Source of the DNA: Eledone cirrhosa
Taxonomy: Eukaryota
Assembly: GCA_964016885.1 (NCBI GenBank)
Contig: OZ024741.1
Coordinates: forward strand, 180,110,001-180,174,000
Direction: 5' to 3'
DNA length: 64,000 bases
Shown: positions 27,293 through 42,652 of the stretch, in pieces
Position numbering within the stretch: position 1 is the first letter of the stretch
Layout: each line of letters starts with the position of its first letter
Notes under the pieces: model-generated
Told to the model about the DNA's origin: nothing
Databases searched by the model: none
What the model saw: only the letters and a program-made list of their open reading frames with translations
Position numbers and translations under genes: made by a program

Positions 27293-27479
27293 ACATATAT
27301 ATATATATATATATATCCAAGGATAACTTGAACCGTTAAGGTATATTCTCCTTGGTTATGTCAAAATTTGGCATGTGTTAGGATGTTTTTCATTGACTTA
27401 GATTGTCTTTTGCTCTTTATGATATCGTGTGTTCGTAGGATTTGGTTCATTCTATGGTCCTTTTTTAACTCAGGGATGT

Positions 27480-27680
27480 TCTGGGGGATGGTGTCAAAGG
27501 CCTCATTGTTGAGGGGGGGGGAGGGAGATTTATGGAAGAGCTTTTAGTTTCGGTTGATTTACTTTAGGGTGTCTAAGGTCCTGGGTACTGAGTTTTAGGG
27601 CACGTTGGATTCCATTGCCAATTAGTGATGCAGGGTAGTCCCTGCCTATGAGTGTGCCCTTTAGTTCTTGTAGCCGTAAG
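27480..27680 (-). mobile_element. Penelope-like RT thumb-region remnant
   Basis: RLQELKGTLIGRDYPASLIGNGIQRALKL matches the PLE RLxELxxxLxxRxYP pattern. Confidence 0.6.
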
Positions 27681-28105
27681 TAACACTGGGTAATTGCTGG
27701 CCTTGTGCCAAGAGTAGAAACAATTATTAACAGTGACTCTGTCACCACTACAGCTGCTTGCCGTCTCCTTCTACTCCACCCACCCCTTCTCCGTCTTCCC
27801 CTCCCTTACCATAGCCCCGGTATTACTATCACAACGATCCTCTGTCCCTCCGTCTTCTTCTTTGTCGCATCCTTCTCCTTCGTCTTCTTCTTATTATTCT
27901 TCTTCTTCTCCTTTTTTCCTCTCATTCCCCTACTACCACTACAGTCGAAACTAACAATTTAAACTGCTACTACCTCTGTTGGTCAACACTAACAGAGAAC
28001 GAAAGAAAACTACGGACAAAAATATGTATGTAAAAACTAAACAAATATTTTCTCTATTTTATTATTATTCGTATAAATGTGCAATTTAACTGTACTATAC
28101 ACATC

Positions 28106-28145
28106 CGTCGTTGAAAAGGCATATGAAGCTGAAACCGGTACACGA
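28106..28145 (+). ncRNA. Hammerhead motif, U3-A8 core variant (second copy at 41811-41850)
   Basis: TTGAAAA-ggc..gct-GAA-accggt-A; lies in a repeat shared by 27940-28280 and 41640-41990. Confidence 0.55.
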
Positions 28146-28277
28146 TTAAATGCGGAAATCCCTACTTAAAAAATAAATGTTTTAATGTTATACTGAAAAA
28201 ATTCCTCCAGCATTTCTACTGTATTTTTTCCTTTCTACTGTTTATATATATCAACTCTTGTGTCACTTCTATACATT

Positions 28278-28323
<46 letters not shown>

Positions 28324-28568
28324 GGTGGGAGGATACAATTCCAAATACACAGTGGAGGAGTAGAACATAATAGAGACCCTGTGATACGACGGCTTTCTTC
28401 TATACCAGTAATTGGTGTGGGTTCGTTATTGTTGTTTTTTTACCGGAAGGATTGGGTATGGTTTTAAAGGACGTGTTTTAGTTCTGATTTTTAGGGGTTG
28501 TTGGTCAGTTGAAGACAATTGGCGGTCTTAATTTATACAAACACACAGACGCACACGCTCACACACAG

Positions 28569-28666
<98 letters not shown>

Positions 28667-28862
28667 TCACACACACACACACACACTCACACACACTCTC
28701 TCACACACACACATATTGGACATCTGGCCAACAGATTTTTCACCAACAGATATCTGACGGAATAGATAAATATTCTATCTTTCTATTTCTTCATTAATTT
28801 CTCAATCTATTTTTGATGAAGGGCTTGCGTCCGTCCGAAACCGTTTTCACAGTTATCAAAAT

Positions 28863-31706
28863 TAAAATTGAGAAGGAGGGTTGTGTTTCTGTTGTGGTGT
28901 GCCACGCATCTGGTGCTAGTTGAGATGGCGGGGTTGTGTTTCTGTTGTGGTGTGCCACGCATCTGGTGCGAGTTGAGATGGCGGGGATTGTGTTTCTGTT
29001 TTCGTCTGCCACGCATCTGGTGCGAGTTGAGATGGTGGGGGTTGTGTCTCTGTCGTGGTGTGCCACGCATCTGGTGCGAGTTATGATGGCGGGGGTTGTG
29101 TTTCTGTTGTGGTGTGCCACGCATCTGGTGCAAGTTGAGATGGTGGGGGTTGTGTTTCTGTTGTGGTGTGCCACGCATCTGGTGCAAGTTGAGATGGCGG
29201 GGGTGTGTTTCTGTTGTGGTGTGCCACGCATCTGGTGTGAGTTGAGATGGTGGGGGTTGTGTTTCTGTTGTGGTGTGCCACGCATCTGGTGCGAGTTGAG
29301 ATGGCGGGGGTTGTGTTTCTGTTGTGGTGTGCCACGCATCTGGTGCAAGTTGAGATGGCGGGGGTTGTGTTTCTGTTGTGGTGTGCCACGTATCTGGTGC
29401 GAGTTGAGATGGCGGGGGTTGTGTTTCTGTTGTGGTGTGCCACGCATCTGGTGCAAGTTGAGATGGCGGGGGTTGTGTTTCTGTTGTGGTGTGCCACGCA
29501 TCTGGTGCAAGTTGAGCTGGCGGGGGTTGTGTTTCTGTTGTGGTGTGCCACGCATCTGGTGCAAGTTGAGATGGCGGGGGTTGTGTTTCTGTTGTGGTGT
29601 GCCACACATCTGGTGTGAGTTGAGATGGCGGGGGTTGTGTTTCTGTTGTCGTCTGCCACGCATCTGGTGCGAGTTGAGATGGTGGGGGTTGTTTTTCTGT
29701 TGTGGTGTGCCACGCATCTGGTGCGAGTTGAGATGGTGGGGGTTGTGTTTCTGTTGTGGTGTGCCACGCATCTGGTGCGATTTAGGATGGCGCGAGTTGT
29801 GTTTCTGTTGTGGTGTGCCACGCATCTGGTGCTAGTTGAGATGGCGGGGTTGTGTTTCTGTTGTGGTGTGCCACGCATCTGGTGCGAGTTGAGATGGCGG
29901 GGTTGTGTTTCTGTTGTGGTGTGCCACGCATCTGGTGCGAGTTGAGATGGCGGGGTTGTGTTTCTGTTGTGGTGTGCCACGCATCTGGTGCGAGTTGAGA
30001 TGGCGGGGGTTGTGTTTCTGTTGTCGTCTGCCACGCATCTGGTGCGAGTTGAGATGGTGGAGGTTGTGTTTCTGTTGTCGTCTGCCACGCATCTGGTGCG
30101 AGTTGAGATGGCGTGGGTTGTGTTTCCTTTGTGGTGTGCCACGCATCTGGTGCGAGTTGAGATGGTGGGGATTGTGTTTCTGTTGTGGTGTGAAACGCAT
30201 CTGGTGCGAGTTGATAGGGCGGGGTTGTGTTTCTGTTGTGGTGTGCCACGCATCTGGAGTGAGTTGAGATGGTGGGGTTGTATTTCTCTTGTGGTGTGCC
30301 ACGCATCTGGTGCGAGTTGAGATGGTGGGGGTTGTGCTTCTGTTGTCGTCTGATACGCATCTGGTGCGAGTTGAGATGGTGGGGGTTGTGTTTCTGTTGT
30401 GGTGTGCCACGCATCTGGTGCAAGTTGAGATGGCGGGGGTTGTGTTTCTGTTGTGGTGTGCCACGCATCTGGTGCGAGTTGAGATGGCGGGGGTTGTGTT
30501 TCTGTTGTGGTGTGCCACGCATCTGGTGCAAGTTGAGATGGCGGGGGTTGTGTTTCTGTTGTGGTGTGCCACGCATCTGGTGCAAGTTGAGCTGGCGGGG
30601 GTTGTGTTTCTGTTGTGGTGTGCCACGCATCTGGTGCAAGTTGAGATGGCGGGGGTTGTGTTTCTGTTGTGGTGTGCCACATATCTGGTGTGAGTTGAGA
30701 TGGCGGGGGTTGTGTTTCTGTTGTCGTCTGCCACGCATCTGGTGCGAGTTGAGATGGTGGGGGTTGTTTTTCTGTTGTGGTGTGCCACGCATCTGGTGCG
30801 AGTTGAGATGGTGGGGGTTGTTTTTCTGTTGTGGTGTGCCACGCATCTGGTGCGAGTTGAGATGGCGGGGGTTGTGTTTCTGTTGTTGTCTGCCGGGCAT
30901 CTGGTGCAAGTTGAGATGGCGGGGTTGTGTTTCTGTTGTGGTGTGCCTCGCATCTGGTGCGAGTTGAGATGGTGGGGGTTGTGTTTCTGTTGTGGTGTGC
31001 CACGCATCTGGTGCGATTTGAGATGGTGGGGGTTGTGTTTCTGTTGTGGTGTGCCAAGCATCTGGTGCGAGTCCAGATGGCAGGGGTTGTGTTTCTGTTG
31101 TGGTGTGCCACGCATCTGGTGCGAGTTGAGATGGCGGGGGTTGTGTTTCTGTTGTCGTCTGCCACGCATCTGGTGCGAGTTGAGATGGCGGGGGTTGTGT
31201 TTCTGTTGTCGTCTGCCGGGCATCTGGTGCAAGTTGAGATGGCGGGGTTGTGTTTCTGTTGTGGTGTGCCTCGCATCTGGTGCGAGTTGAGATGGTGGGG
31301 GTTGTGTTTCTGTTGTGGTGTGCCACGCATCTGGTGTGAGTTGAGATGGCGGGGGTTGTGTTTCTGTTGTGGTGTGCCACGCATCTGGTGCGAGTTGAGA
31401 TGGTGGGGGTTGTGTTTCTGTTGTGGTGTGCCAAGCATCTGGTGCGAGTCCAGATGGCAGGGGATGTGTTTCTGTTGTGGTGTGCCACGCATCTGGTGCG
31501 AGTTGAGATGGTAGGGGTTGTGTTTCTGTTGTCGTCTACCATGCATCTGGTGCGAGTTGAGATGGGGTGGCTTGTGTTTCTATTGTCGTCTGCCACGCAT
31601 CTGGTGCGAGTTGAGATGGCGGGGGTTGTGTTTCTGTTGTGGTGTGCCACGCATCTGGTGTAAGTCACACCACAACAGAAACACAACCCCCGCCATCTCA
31701 ATTTTA
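28863..31706. repeat. Tandem array of about 52 copies of a 53-54 bp unit, capped by an inverted partial unit
   Basis: Unit ttgtgtttctgttgtggtgtgccacgcatctggtgcgagttgagatggcggggg; 31666-31706 is the reverse complement of the array start. Confidence 0.95.
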
Positions 31707-32257
31707 CTTACAGCTTCCTTTCCTCAAATGTTTACCCGCGTGGTACATTTTGATAAATCTTACTTACACCTTGTGGTGGTCTTCTGCTGGCATGTGTAGT
31801 GTGTATATTGATATTATACGCAAGTATATATGCATGTAGATATGATACATCAAATAAAATGGTAATTGACAATATACACAGAAATTGAACGAAGACGTTG
31901 TTACACTCTCTTATGTAATCAGTAACGTAATCCATGATACATTCAAAAAGACGATATTATATATAAACTGCATTAGGAGAAAATTAGTGACAGAAATATA
32001 TGAATATTTATTTAAACGATCGCTAACCGGAAGTGTTGACATTTGAAAATTTTAAAGAAGTAAATCTTTAAATAAGTAATAAAATATATTTAATGAACAG
32101 CCACGAAATTTAGTAGATAAATTATGTAATATTCATTCATTGAGTTCAAATCTCGCCGAGGTTAACTTTGCCTTTCATCCTTACGGGGTCGATAAAATAA
32201 AGTACCAGTAATACACTGGGTAATTGCTGGCCTTGTGCCAAAAGTAGAAACAATTAT

Positions 32258-32580
32258 TTATTCAAAGTAATCCAACTTATTTTACTAAGGGGATAAAAAA
32301 AATTATAAACCGTACACAGTACAGCGCTTTTTACTTTATTATAATTTAGATTCATTTGATTAAGGCTAAATAGTGAGTCTCTGTTACTCTAGAGTTTCGC
32401 TTCTCAGAGTTCTTGTAACGACACCATGAGAAGCAGGCGAAACTCCAGAGTAACAGAGACTCACTATTTAGCCTTAATCAAATGAATCTAAACTATAATA
32501 AAGTAAGAAGCGCGGGACTGTGTACGGTTTATAATTTTTTTTATCCCCTTAGTAAAATAAGTTGGATTACTTTGAATAAT
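32258..32580. repeat. Fold-back palindrome (arms about 145 bp) containing the 3' half of a hammerhead
   Basis: Near-perfect inverted arms; GAA-actc-ca-gagt-A next to the centre; SINE copies flank at 32141-32257 (+) and 32670-32905 (-). Confidence 0.8.
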
Positions 32581-33654
32581 TAATTGTTTAGCCATAATAA
32601 AATGAATATTCAAACTATACATCGGTATTATGTAATCTTTTCTCTCGACCGTCAAGGGATTATATATATATTGTTTCTACTTTTTTGGCACAAGGCCAGC
32701 AATTACCCAGTACATTACTGGTACTTTATTTTATCGACCTCGTAAGGATGAAAGGCAAAGTTGACCTCGGCGGGATTTGAACTCAAAATGAAATAATAAT
32801 TGTTTCTACTTTTTTGGCACAAGGCCAGCAATTACCCAGTACATTACTGGCACTTTATTTTATCGACCTCGTAAGGATGAAAGGCAAAGTTAACCTCGGC
32901 GGGATTATATATATATATATAACAAAGAAAGTGTCGAAACGGCCGGAGTTCAGCCGTCGGGGTCCTGATTCTTTACCTGTTACTCACTCTACTACCCTAA
33001 GAATGGAGTACTCTAGTGCGTTATGGTCCACCTGGTATCTTACCACACCCTTTTTTATATATATATATGTGTGTGTTTAATATAGAAATGGCTTCTACAG
33101 GATTAGAGCTGTTTCATTCGAAGCCACACACACACACACACACACACACACAATATCGGTTAGAGAGTTATTTAGTAATTAATTGCGAGTTATAACAAAC
33201 TTTCAAGCTCGATGTGGTTCAACAACCAGTAAAGAAAATCAATCAATTCGGTACAGTATAAGGGGTTAAACTTTGTGTAGAAATATTCGACGTGTTGTAT
33301 AGATGTAGATGCACAGAGCACTTAAATAACAGTTCCTGATTTAGGCACGAGGCCAAGAATTTTGTGGGAGGGGAAAGTCGATTAAATTGACCCCAGTGCA
33401 TTACTGGTACTTATTATATCGACCCCGAAGCTAACTTCGGTGAGATTTGAACTCAAAATATATAGAGACGTAATTCTAAGTATGATGTTCGACGATCTAC
33501 CAATTCAACCAATCCATAAATAATAATTAAAGACATTTTATTTGTCTAAGAGTTCTTACAACAGGAATGAGATGAAAAAAGCAAATGGTGAAAGACTCCC
33601 TCGAGCTTCATTATTAATATACAGAAGTGTGTCTATACATTAGAAATTTACCTT

Positions 33655-33693
<39 letters not shown>

Positions 33694-33773
33694 TCCCGCC
33701 CTCCACCCCTCTCTCTCCCTGTGATTAACTAAGACATACTCGAATTATATATATATGTATGTATATATGTGTG

Positions 33774-33904
<131 letters not shown>

Positions 33905-34022
33905 ACACACACACACACATATATGAAGAAGAGAGCTGCGTAGAAATATCCGAGATCCCAGCAGGCAACTGATGAAGGAAAACTTTCTCCCGTTCATGCT
34001 TTTTTCTTATTTTTAAGTATAT

Positions 34023-34409
<387 letters not shown>

Positions 34410-35038
34410 CTATCAATGAGTTATTGGCTTCGACTTCATATAAGGTTTCAACTGTCAACTAAATCATCACGGAGGAGTCAACCATCCTTGTCCCTGCCCC
34501 AGGTATATTAAACTACGACAACGCCGTAACACGGAGAGGTGAAACCTTTGACGGGGGTCACGGTTCAAGGGAAGATTCAATGCCGAGCTGTTGATTTGAT
34601 ATAGCTTTGTCGAAAACATCATCCATTGTGTACCTTACTTGTGCCTGACTGAAGTTAGGAAGTAACACTTTATTATGACACATGCAGTTAATATTATTAG
34701 ATATGAATGTCGTTTATTTAATGGAGTGTTGTATAGCATTATTTAATGTTTTCCGAAGACGGTGTGCATTATATGTTCATCGACAAACATAAGGTTGGCT
34801 ACAGCTCCTAAATTATCAGGTCGAATTAAAAGGATCGTTTCAGGATAATTGTCATCGGCACTTACACAGATAAGTAAATGGATAAGTAAATGGATAGATG
34901 GATAAGGGGAGGTGGTCTGATAGACAGGTAGATTGATAAACAACATAGAAAGACACGCAAAAACATACACACATATATATGTGTGTATATTAGAGACAGG
35001 GTGAGAAAGGGAGACAGGGGAAGAGAGAGAAAAGGAAG

Positions 35039-35125
<87 letters not shown>

Positions 35126-35266
35126 TGAAAGGGGGATAAGAAAGAAGCAGCAGTAATTATTTGATAGGAATAGACAATACAATAGCGTTGATAATGTATT
35201 TACAAAACATACATGTAATTGTGTGTACATACATACATACATACATACATACATACATACATACAT

Positions 35267-35313
<47 letters not shown>

Positions 35314-35350
35314 AACACATACATATATATATATATTATATATATAAACA

Positions 35351-35444
<94 letters not shown>

Positions 35445-35567
35445 CATACACACATACACAGAAACACACACATATACATATATATGTGTGTGTAAGCGTC
35501 TGTGTCTATTTATGAATGTTTGTATGTATATATACTTACATATATTCATTCATATATAATATACATG

Positions 35568-35655
<88 letters not shown>

Positions 35656-36039
35656 ATATATATATATTAATATATATATATATATATATATATATTAATG
35701 TATACACACATGCATACCTACCTATATACCTACATACCTACATACATACATACATACATACATACATACATACATACATACATACATACATACATACATA
35801 CATACATACACGTATGCATATGTATCATATATTTAACATTTTCAAATTGCAGGGCGAATACAAAATGTTTCCTTCTGAGATATTCGTGCATTTGCTAGCA
35901 GGTAAATGTGGACCCATTTCAATGCCACTACCATAGTTACTTGTAAACCGCAAAAAATTGAATTCTTCAATACAAATCTAACGCTAAAATTTACATTAAC
36001 ACGCATATACCTACATAATACATACATACATATATATAC

Positions 36040-36101
<62 letters not shown>

Positions 36102-36149
36102 AGTAAAAGCGATGTAGTTTCAGATGTTCAAGTCCTTTAATAATAATGC

Positions 36150-36184
<35 letters not shown>

Positions 36185-36234
36185 GTATATATATATATAT
36201 GTGTGTGTGTGTATGTATGTATATGTATATATAT

Positions 36235-36268
<34 letters not shown>

Positions 36269-36793
36269 GTATATCATTTTTTTAACTTTTCTCATATTCT
36301 CATTTTATATTCCTAAAAAAAAATATGAAATTATGTATACATACAGATACAAAGACACACACACACACACACACACACATACACACACACACACATACAC
36401 ACATGTGTTTATCATATAAAAATTACCACTGCTTTTATATCTTTTAAAAATTTAGATTAAAAGCGGAGAAATTGAAATGAATTATTTCAAGCACCAATTA
36501 GATATTATTCTGTTGAAAACAAAAGCGGTTTCACTTCGCTATCCGACTTTCTGGCTCTAGTATTTTGTGTATGTTGCTAGCGCTTCTTCTTACCTTCATT
36601 GTCTCCAGGCGCTATTTACTGGTAACATGACAATATATATTATACATACTATTATATAAATACATATAAATAAATAAATAAATATATATATATATATATA
36701 TATAGATAGATAGATAGATATATAGATAGATATAAATATAGATATATATAAATAAATATATAAAATTAAATATATAAAATTGCAAGTTTGAAG

Positions 36794-36832
<39 letters not shown>

Positions 36833-37083
36833 TATATATATATATATACATATATATAAGTGTGTTTATGTACGTATGTAAATATATATTTAATAAATAC
36901 ATAGCGTGAATTTCATATCCCCTTTTGGTGTCTTTATACGGTGATATTCAGCTCAAAGCCACGTTTACATATCCATATACATATTTACATTTATATATGT
37001 AAGTATATACATACATGCATATATAAACATGCACACACACACACACACACACAAACATATATATATATATATATATATATATG

Positions 37084-37144
<61 letters not shown>

Positions 37145-37173
37145 CAATATATATATATATATATATATATATG

Positions 37174-37239
<66 letters not shown>

Positions 37240-37340
37240 CGTGTCTGTATTATAATTTATCACACTATATCTATATAGATATTACTATATATCATATATA
37301 TCATATATATATATATATATATATATGAACAATATATATG

Positions 37341-37405
<65 letters not shown>

Positions 37406-37639
37406 GTGTCTGTATTATAATTTATCACACTATATCTATATAGATATTACTATATATCATATCTATATCTCTATATAACTATAGATAATTATTTGTGTGT
37501 GTGTGTTGGTGTGTATGTTGGTGTGTGTTGGTGTGTATGTGTGTGTGTGTGTGTGGGCGGGAGAGCGCCTGTATCTATATTCGATTATTATTTTGAAATA
37601 ACACTTACTATGTCCCGCTTTAAAAGTTGTCACCACTAA

Positions 37640-37801
37640 ATGATGATGACGATGGTGGTGGTGGTGGTGGTGGTGGTGGTGATGCTGATGACGGTGGTGG
37701 TGATGGTGGTGATGGTGATGATGATGGTGACGGTGGTGGTGGTGGTGGTGATGATGATGATGGTGATGACAACGACGACGACGATGATGATGATAATGAT
37801 A

Positions 37802-37846
<45 letters not shown>

Positions 37847-38110
37847 GTTATGATGATGGTGATGAGGAGGAGGGGGAGGGGGAGGTTGATGATGATGATG
37901 ATGATGATGGTTATGATGATGGCGATGATGATGGTGGTGGTGGTGGTGGTGGTGGTGGTTGTGGTGGTGGTGATGAGGAGAGGGGGAGGAGGTTGAAGAT
38001 GGTGGTGATGATGAGGAGGAGGAGGAGGTTGAAGATGGTGATGGAGAAGATGAGGAAGAGGAGGAAGAGGAGGCGGATGGTGATGATGACGATGATAATG
38101 ATGATGATTC
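37640..38110. repeat. GAT/GGT/GAG compound trinucleotide tract
   Basis: Direct inspection of the sequence. Confidence 0.9.
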
Positions 38111-38491
38111 ATAAATAAGTAAATACCGTTAAGTTAAAAAGTCATTATATTTCACTCATGTTGTCATTGTTGTATGTAGAACATGTGTATGTGTGTATGT
38201 GTGTGTGTGTGTGTGAGTGTGTATGTGTGTATGTGCATGTGTCTGTGTGAGTGTGTATGTGTGTATGAGTGTGTGAGTGAGTGCGTATTCGTTTGATGAC
38301 GCCGACTGCGTTAATTATATTGTTAACTGTGTGTAAGTATAATAAGTATGACTGGATATGTGTATATTAATGTACAATATGATATGATATAGTATAATGT
38401 AATATAATATAACATAATATATCTTAATATAATATAATAATATACGGTTACATATATATAAATGTAACTGTATATATATATGGGTATTTTA

Positions 38492-38529
<38 letters not shown>

Positions 38530-38592
38530 TCAATTTTTACACTCACATACATATAAATGTATTTACGTATATATATATATGTAAATATGGGC

Positions 38593-38732
<140 letters not shown>

Positions 38733-39243
38733 TGTGTGTGTGTATACTAGTATGAATCAATATATATACATAGGAAAGACATTTTGTTTTTATTTCACAC
38801 GGGTAGAAATATAAAAAAAAGAAGTTGAAAATATACTTTCAGAAGATTTGTTTGCATTAACTTAACCAGTTTCGCAAGTTCATGATTTTCAAAAGTTTAT
38901 TGAGATAAGGAGCGTTGCCTTAACTTGTTCGGCTTTGATTGATGTTCGAATATGTTCTCGATTATAAGGAGACAACATGCCTCATATTGCTATCTGTTTA
39001 AGATACAATTCAATTGTGATTAAGCATAGAATTTTGTTAGTTCTCCACTACGTTCGTGTATTAGTTACATATGACGAAAAGTAAAATAATTGCACCAAAG
39101 GTTATGGCTGCCATTGTAAATGTGTCTAGTGGCTGTCTAAAATAACAACTCTCGGCATGACCATGAATTGAATGCGTGTAAGCATGAAGTTTTGTTAGTT
39201 TTCCACTGCGTCTGTACATTAGTGTCATGTGGTAAAAAACTAA

Positions 39244-39633
39244 TAATTGTATCTACTTTTGGCACAAGGCCAGCAAATACCCAGTACATTACTGGTACTT
39301 TATTTTATCGACCCCGAAAGGATGAAAGGCAAAGTTAACCTCGGCGGGATTTGAACTCAGTCCGTAAAGAAATCATGGCGTCCGACCCTCTACCAATACT
39401 GCCAATCCACCTAATAATGATTTCTAGTATAGGCACAAGGCCAGTAATTTGGGGGGAGGGGAAGTCGATTAAATCGACTCCAGTATTTTACTGGTGCGTT
39501 ACTTTATCGACCCCGTAAGGATGAAAGGCAAAGTTAACCTCAGCGGGATTTGAGCTCAGACCGTAAAGGACCGTAACTCTATGCTGCAAAGCATGGTGTC
39601 CGACTCTCTACCGGTATTGCCAATCCACCGCCC
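39244..39633 (-). mobile_element. Two tandem SINE copies
   Basis: Reverse complement of the family consensus. Confidence 0.9.
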
Positions 39634-39788
39634 TTTAAAACTAATAATAATAGAATAATAAAACTAATAATAATAGAAAATATAAGAATCTCAAACGCAG
39701 AAAATAGCTGTAAATGCAGTTGACTGCTATAAATAATAGCTTAGAAAATTGGGTTAAATATTCCTATGGATGGGAAAAAGTAGCTAGA

Positions 39789-39861
39789 GGCCGCTACGAA
39801 GAATCGAACCTCGTATCTGTCAAATACCGGCTCAGTGTTCTAACCATTGAGCTAATAATTG
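39789..39861 (-). pseudogene. tRNA-like relic (tRNA pseudogene or head of a different SINE)
   Basis: Minus strand TAGCTCAATGGTTAGA (A box) and GGTTCGATTC (B box) at tRNA spacing; acceptor and anticodon stems pair poorly. Confidence 0.5.
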
Positions 39862-41313
39862 CGCCAAAAGTTAAAGTTGTCATGGCTCAGTAAGTTTGTA
39901 TAGTGAGAGTTTATAAATTTAATGTCTTCAACTACCTGACTTGTGTATACGCTCCATTGTTAGCATAATCTAGTGTGAGAAAATAAAAAAATTCAGATAA
40001 TATTAATATTAATGGGCAGCGGATTGGCAGTATCGGTAAAGCGTCGGACAACATGCTTTGCGGCATAGAGTTATGGCTATTTACGTTCAGGATTCAAAGA
40101 GAAAAGAGAGAGAGAAGTGGGAAAGAGAAAGGAGGAGAAAGAGAAGAGAGAGAGAGGGAGAGAGCGAGAGACGAGGTTAGCTTTGCCTTTCATCCTTACG
40201 GGGTTGATAAAATAAAGTACCAGTAATGCACTTGGGTAATTGCTGGTCTTGTGCCAAAAGTAGAAACAATATTAATGTTAATCCCCACTTCATGATTCCG
40301 GCGGACATGATGGAAAAGTTTTGCCTCGGAGGATGGCGAGGGAGACGCGCTGGATAAAAATTCAGATGTTTTGCAAAATAACGACATTTTGACAAGCATT
40401 TATTGAAATGCTGGAATTCATAGCCAGCACAAAAAAACTAAATAGCCCCTACATTACTCTACACCGTATTTCTATCCCCTATTTAAGTGAAACTGGGTAT
40501 ATATATTACTAACTCAGAGAGATGAAAGACGACTATCAAATCCAGGTAAGATTTTAACTTTGTAGATAGATATAATACTTTGTTTGGACGTGGAAATAGT
40601 TGGAAAAGAGTATTTATTTTGACTAGGAGCGGAACCGTACACTTTAGAGCAGGCATGTCAAACTGAGGGTCCCTCGAGGGCTACATGTGTCACATATGTG
40701 TTGTCTGAGGCCCACATACTAAAACTAATTGCACCCGTTACAACGCATTTTTTTTAATTTTATGTTACAAAGATAAAACACGTTCGCGCTGTAAAAACGT
40801 TTTGTGTGCTTGTAAATGGACAGAGGATTGGAGGAAAGAAATATTTCGTTTTCCTTCCTTTTCAAAGTATAGTATTTTTCAGAATATATGACGTGACCTT
40901 ATTTTGAAGAAAAACGTTTAAGGGAAGAAAAAGGAGTTAATATTCAACATAACATATGCAATGCCACTGCTTAGTATATTATTATCGACCAAAACAACTA
41001 GTTTAGCAAATATGTATTTCAATAAACATATATATTTGTCGGTGAAAATAGGAAATATTCGCACACACACCCACACACACATATATATATATATCATCAT
41101 CATCACTTTTTAACGACCATTTTTCCACGCTAACATGGCTTATATTTGTTTTGCGAGGTTTTTGATATGAAACATTGAGGACCGAATAAATTAACTGATA
41201 TAAAAGATACAGAAGCGAAAACCAACCAAACAGTGAGTGTGTTCTGTTATTAATTCTGGCAATATTATTACAACAATATGACCCTCCCCAAGTATAACAA
41301 TATATATATATAC

Positions 41314-41386
<73 letters not shown>

Positions 41387-41516
41387 CGAAACTTCCTCGT
41401 TTTTTTCTATTATATACACTCTGCATATGCATAGAGTGCTTGATTTGCTACCAACACTAATAATTCGCTGTACTACCAACACATGCGCACACACACACAC
41501 ACACGCACGCACGCAC

Positions 41517-41552
<36 letters not shown>

Positions 41553-41557
41553 GCGCA

Positions 41558-41591
<34 letters not shown>

Positions 41592-42010
41592 AAATAGTAA
41601 AAAGGGAAAAAATTACACTAGAAAATTGTTGGCTTCGACAGTCGAAGCCAACAATTTAAACTGCTACCACCTTTGTTGGTCAACACTAACAAGACTACGG
41701 ACAAAAATATGAACTTTCCTCTCTAAATATTTATGTAAAAACTAAAAAAAGTTTTTCTCCATTTTATTATTATTTGTATAAATATGCAATTTAACTGCAC
41801 TATACACTTCCGTCGTTGAAAAAGCATATAAAGCTGAAACCGGTACACGATTAAATGCAGAAATCCCTACTTTATAAATAAATGTTTTGATGTTTTATAC
41901 TGAAAAAATCCCTCTAGAATTTTCTACCATATTTTTTTCCTTTTTACTATTTGTTTATATATATCAACTCGTGTGTCTACAATCCATATAAATATACATA
42001 TGTATGTGTA

Positions 42011-42057
<47 letters not shown>

Positions 42058-42141
42058 ATCCCGGGTTCAATCAAGGGTAACCACAGTAAGTAAGGTAAGA
42101 TACTCAATACATAGCAGAGTATAAATGTTAGATATAGAAAT

Positions 42142-42193
42142 GGCTTCTACAGGACTAGAACTGTTTCATTCGAAGGAAATCATCAGGAAAGCC
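42142..42193 (-). ncRNA. Type I hammerhead ribozyme motif
   Basis: ggctttc-CTGATGA-tttc cttc gaat-GAA-acag ttctagtc ctgt-A-gaagcc. Confidence 0.7.
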
Positions 42194-42523
42194 GACTGTC
42201 AATGTGATATGGTGGGCTTTATGCGTTATCTGGTGGTAGGGGAAGATGCTGATTTGGGGTGGGTGACGGTCATTGGCCGATGAATTTAAAGAATGGGGAT
42301 TCTTTGAAAAAACTATATTTAGAGAAAAATACATAATGATACAAAGGCAAAAGTAATTTCACACCAAGTACCTATAGACAAACATATACATACTGACAGG
42401 CACTCCTATTTTCAGGGTTCATTTATTCTAAACAAACAAAGGGTTTTCATTATTAACATGCTCTGCTGAAGAATTGTGAGGTTGGCAAAAATGGTCCGGT
42501 GTCTACATTCACCCCCCCTCCTA

Positions 42524-42557
<34 letters not shown>

Positions 42558-42652
42558 TGAAATTTCCGTTGAAAACAGAAAAGTCATAGAAGTGAAGAGT
42601 ATGTAAGTACCAGAGCAAAATTTAATGTATAAAAATCAATACAATTTAATTA

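Noticed and set aside
28881-31660. CRISPR array, or the 300-800 aa ORFs over the 54 bp repeat
   Set aside because: No unique spacers, no cas genes and a eukaryotic context; ORFs are open in many frames and broken by 53 bp units
33965-34000. CTGATGA motif (also at 37685 and 56982)
   Set aside because: No properly placed stem II and GAAA downstream
39789-39861. Functional tRNA gene
   Set aside because: Acceptor and anticodon stems do not pair well; kept only as a relic
40649-40700. hAT-like terminal sequence caggcatgtcaaac (also cagtgccggattta at 15058)
   Set aside because: Only one end found and no TSD, so an element cannot be delimited
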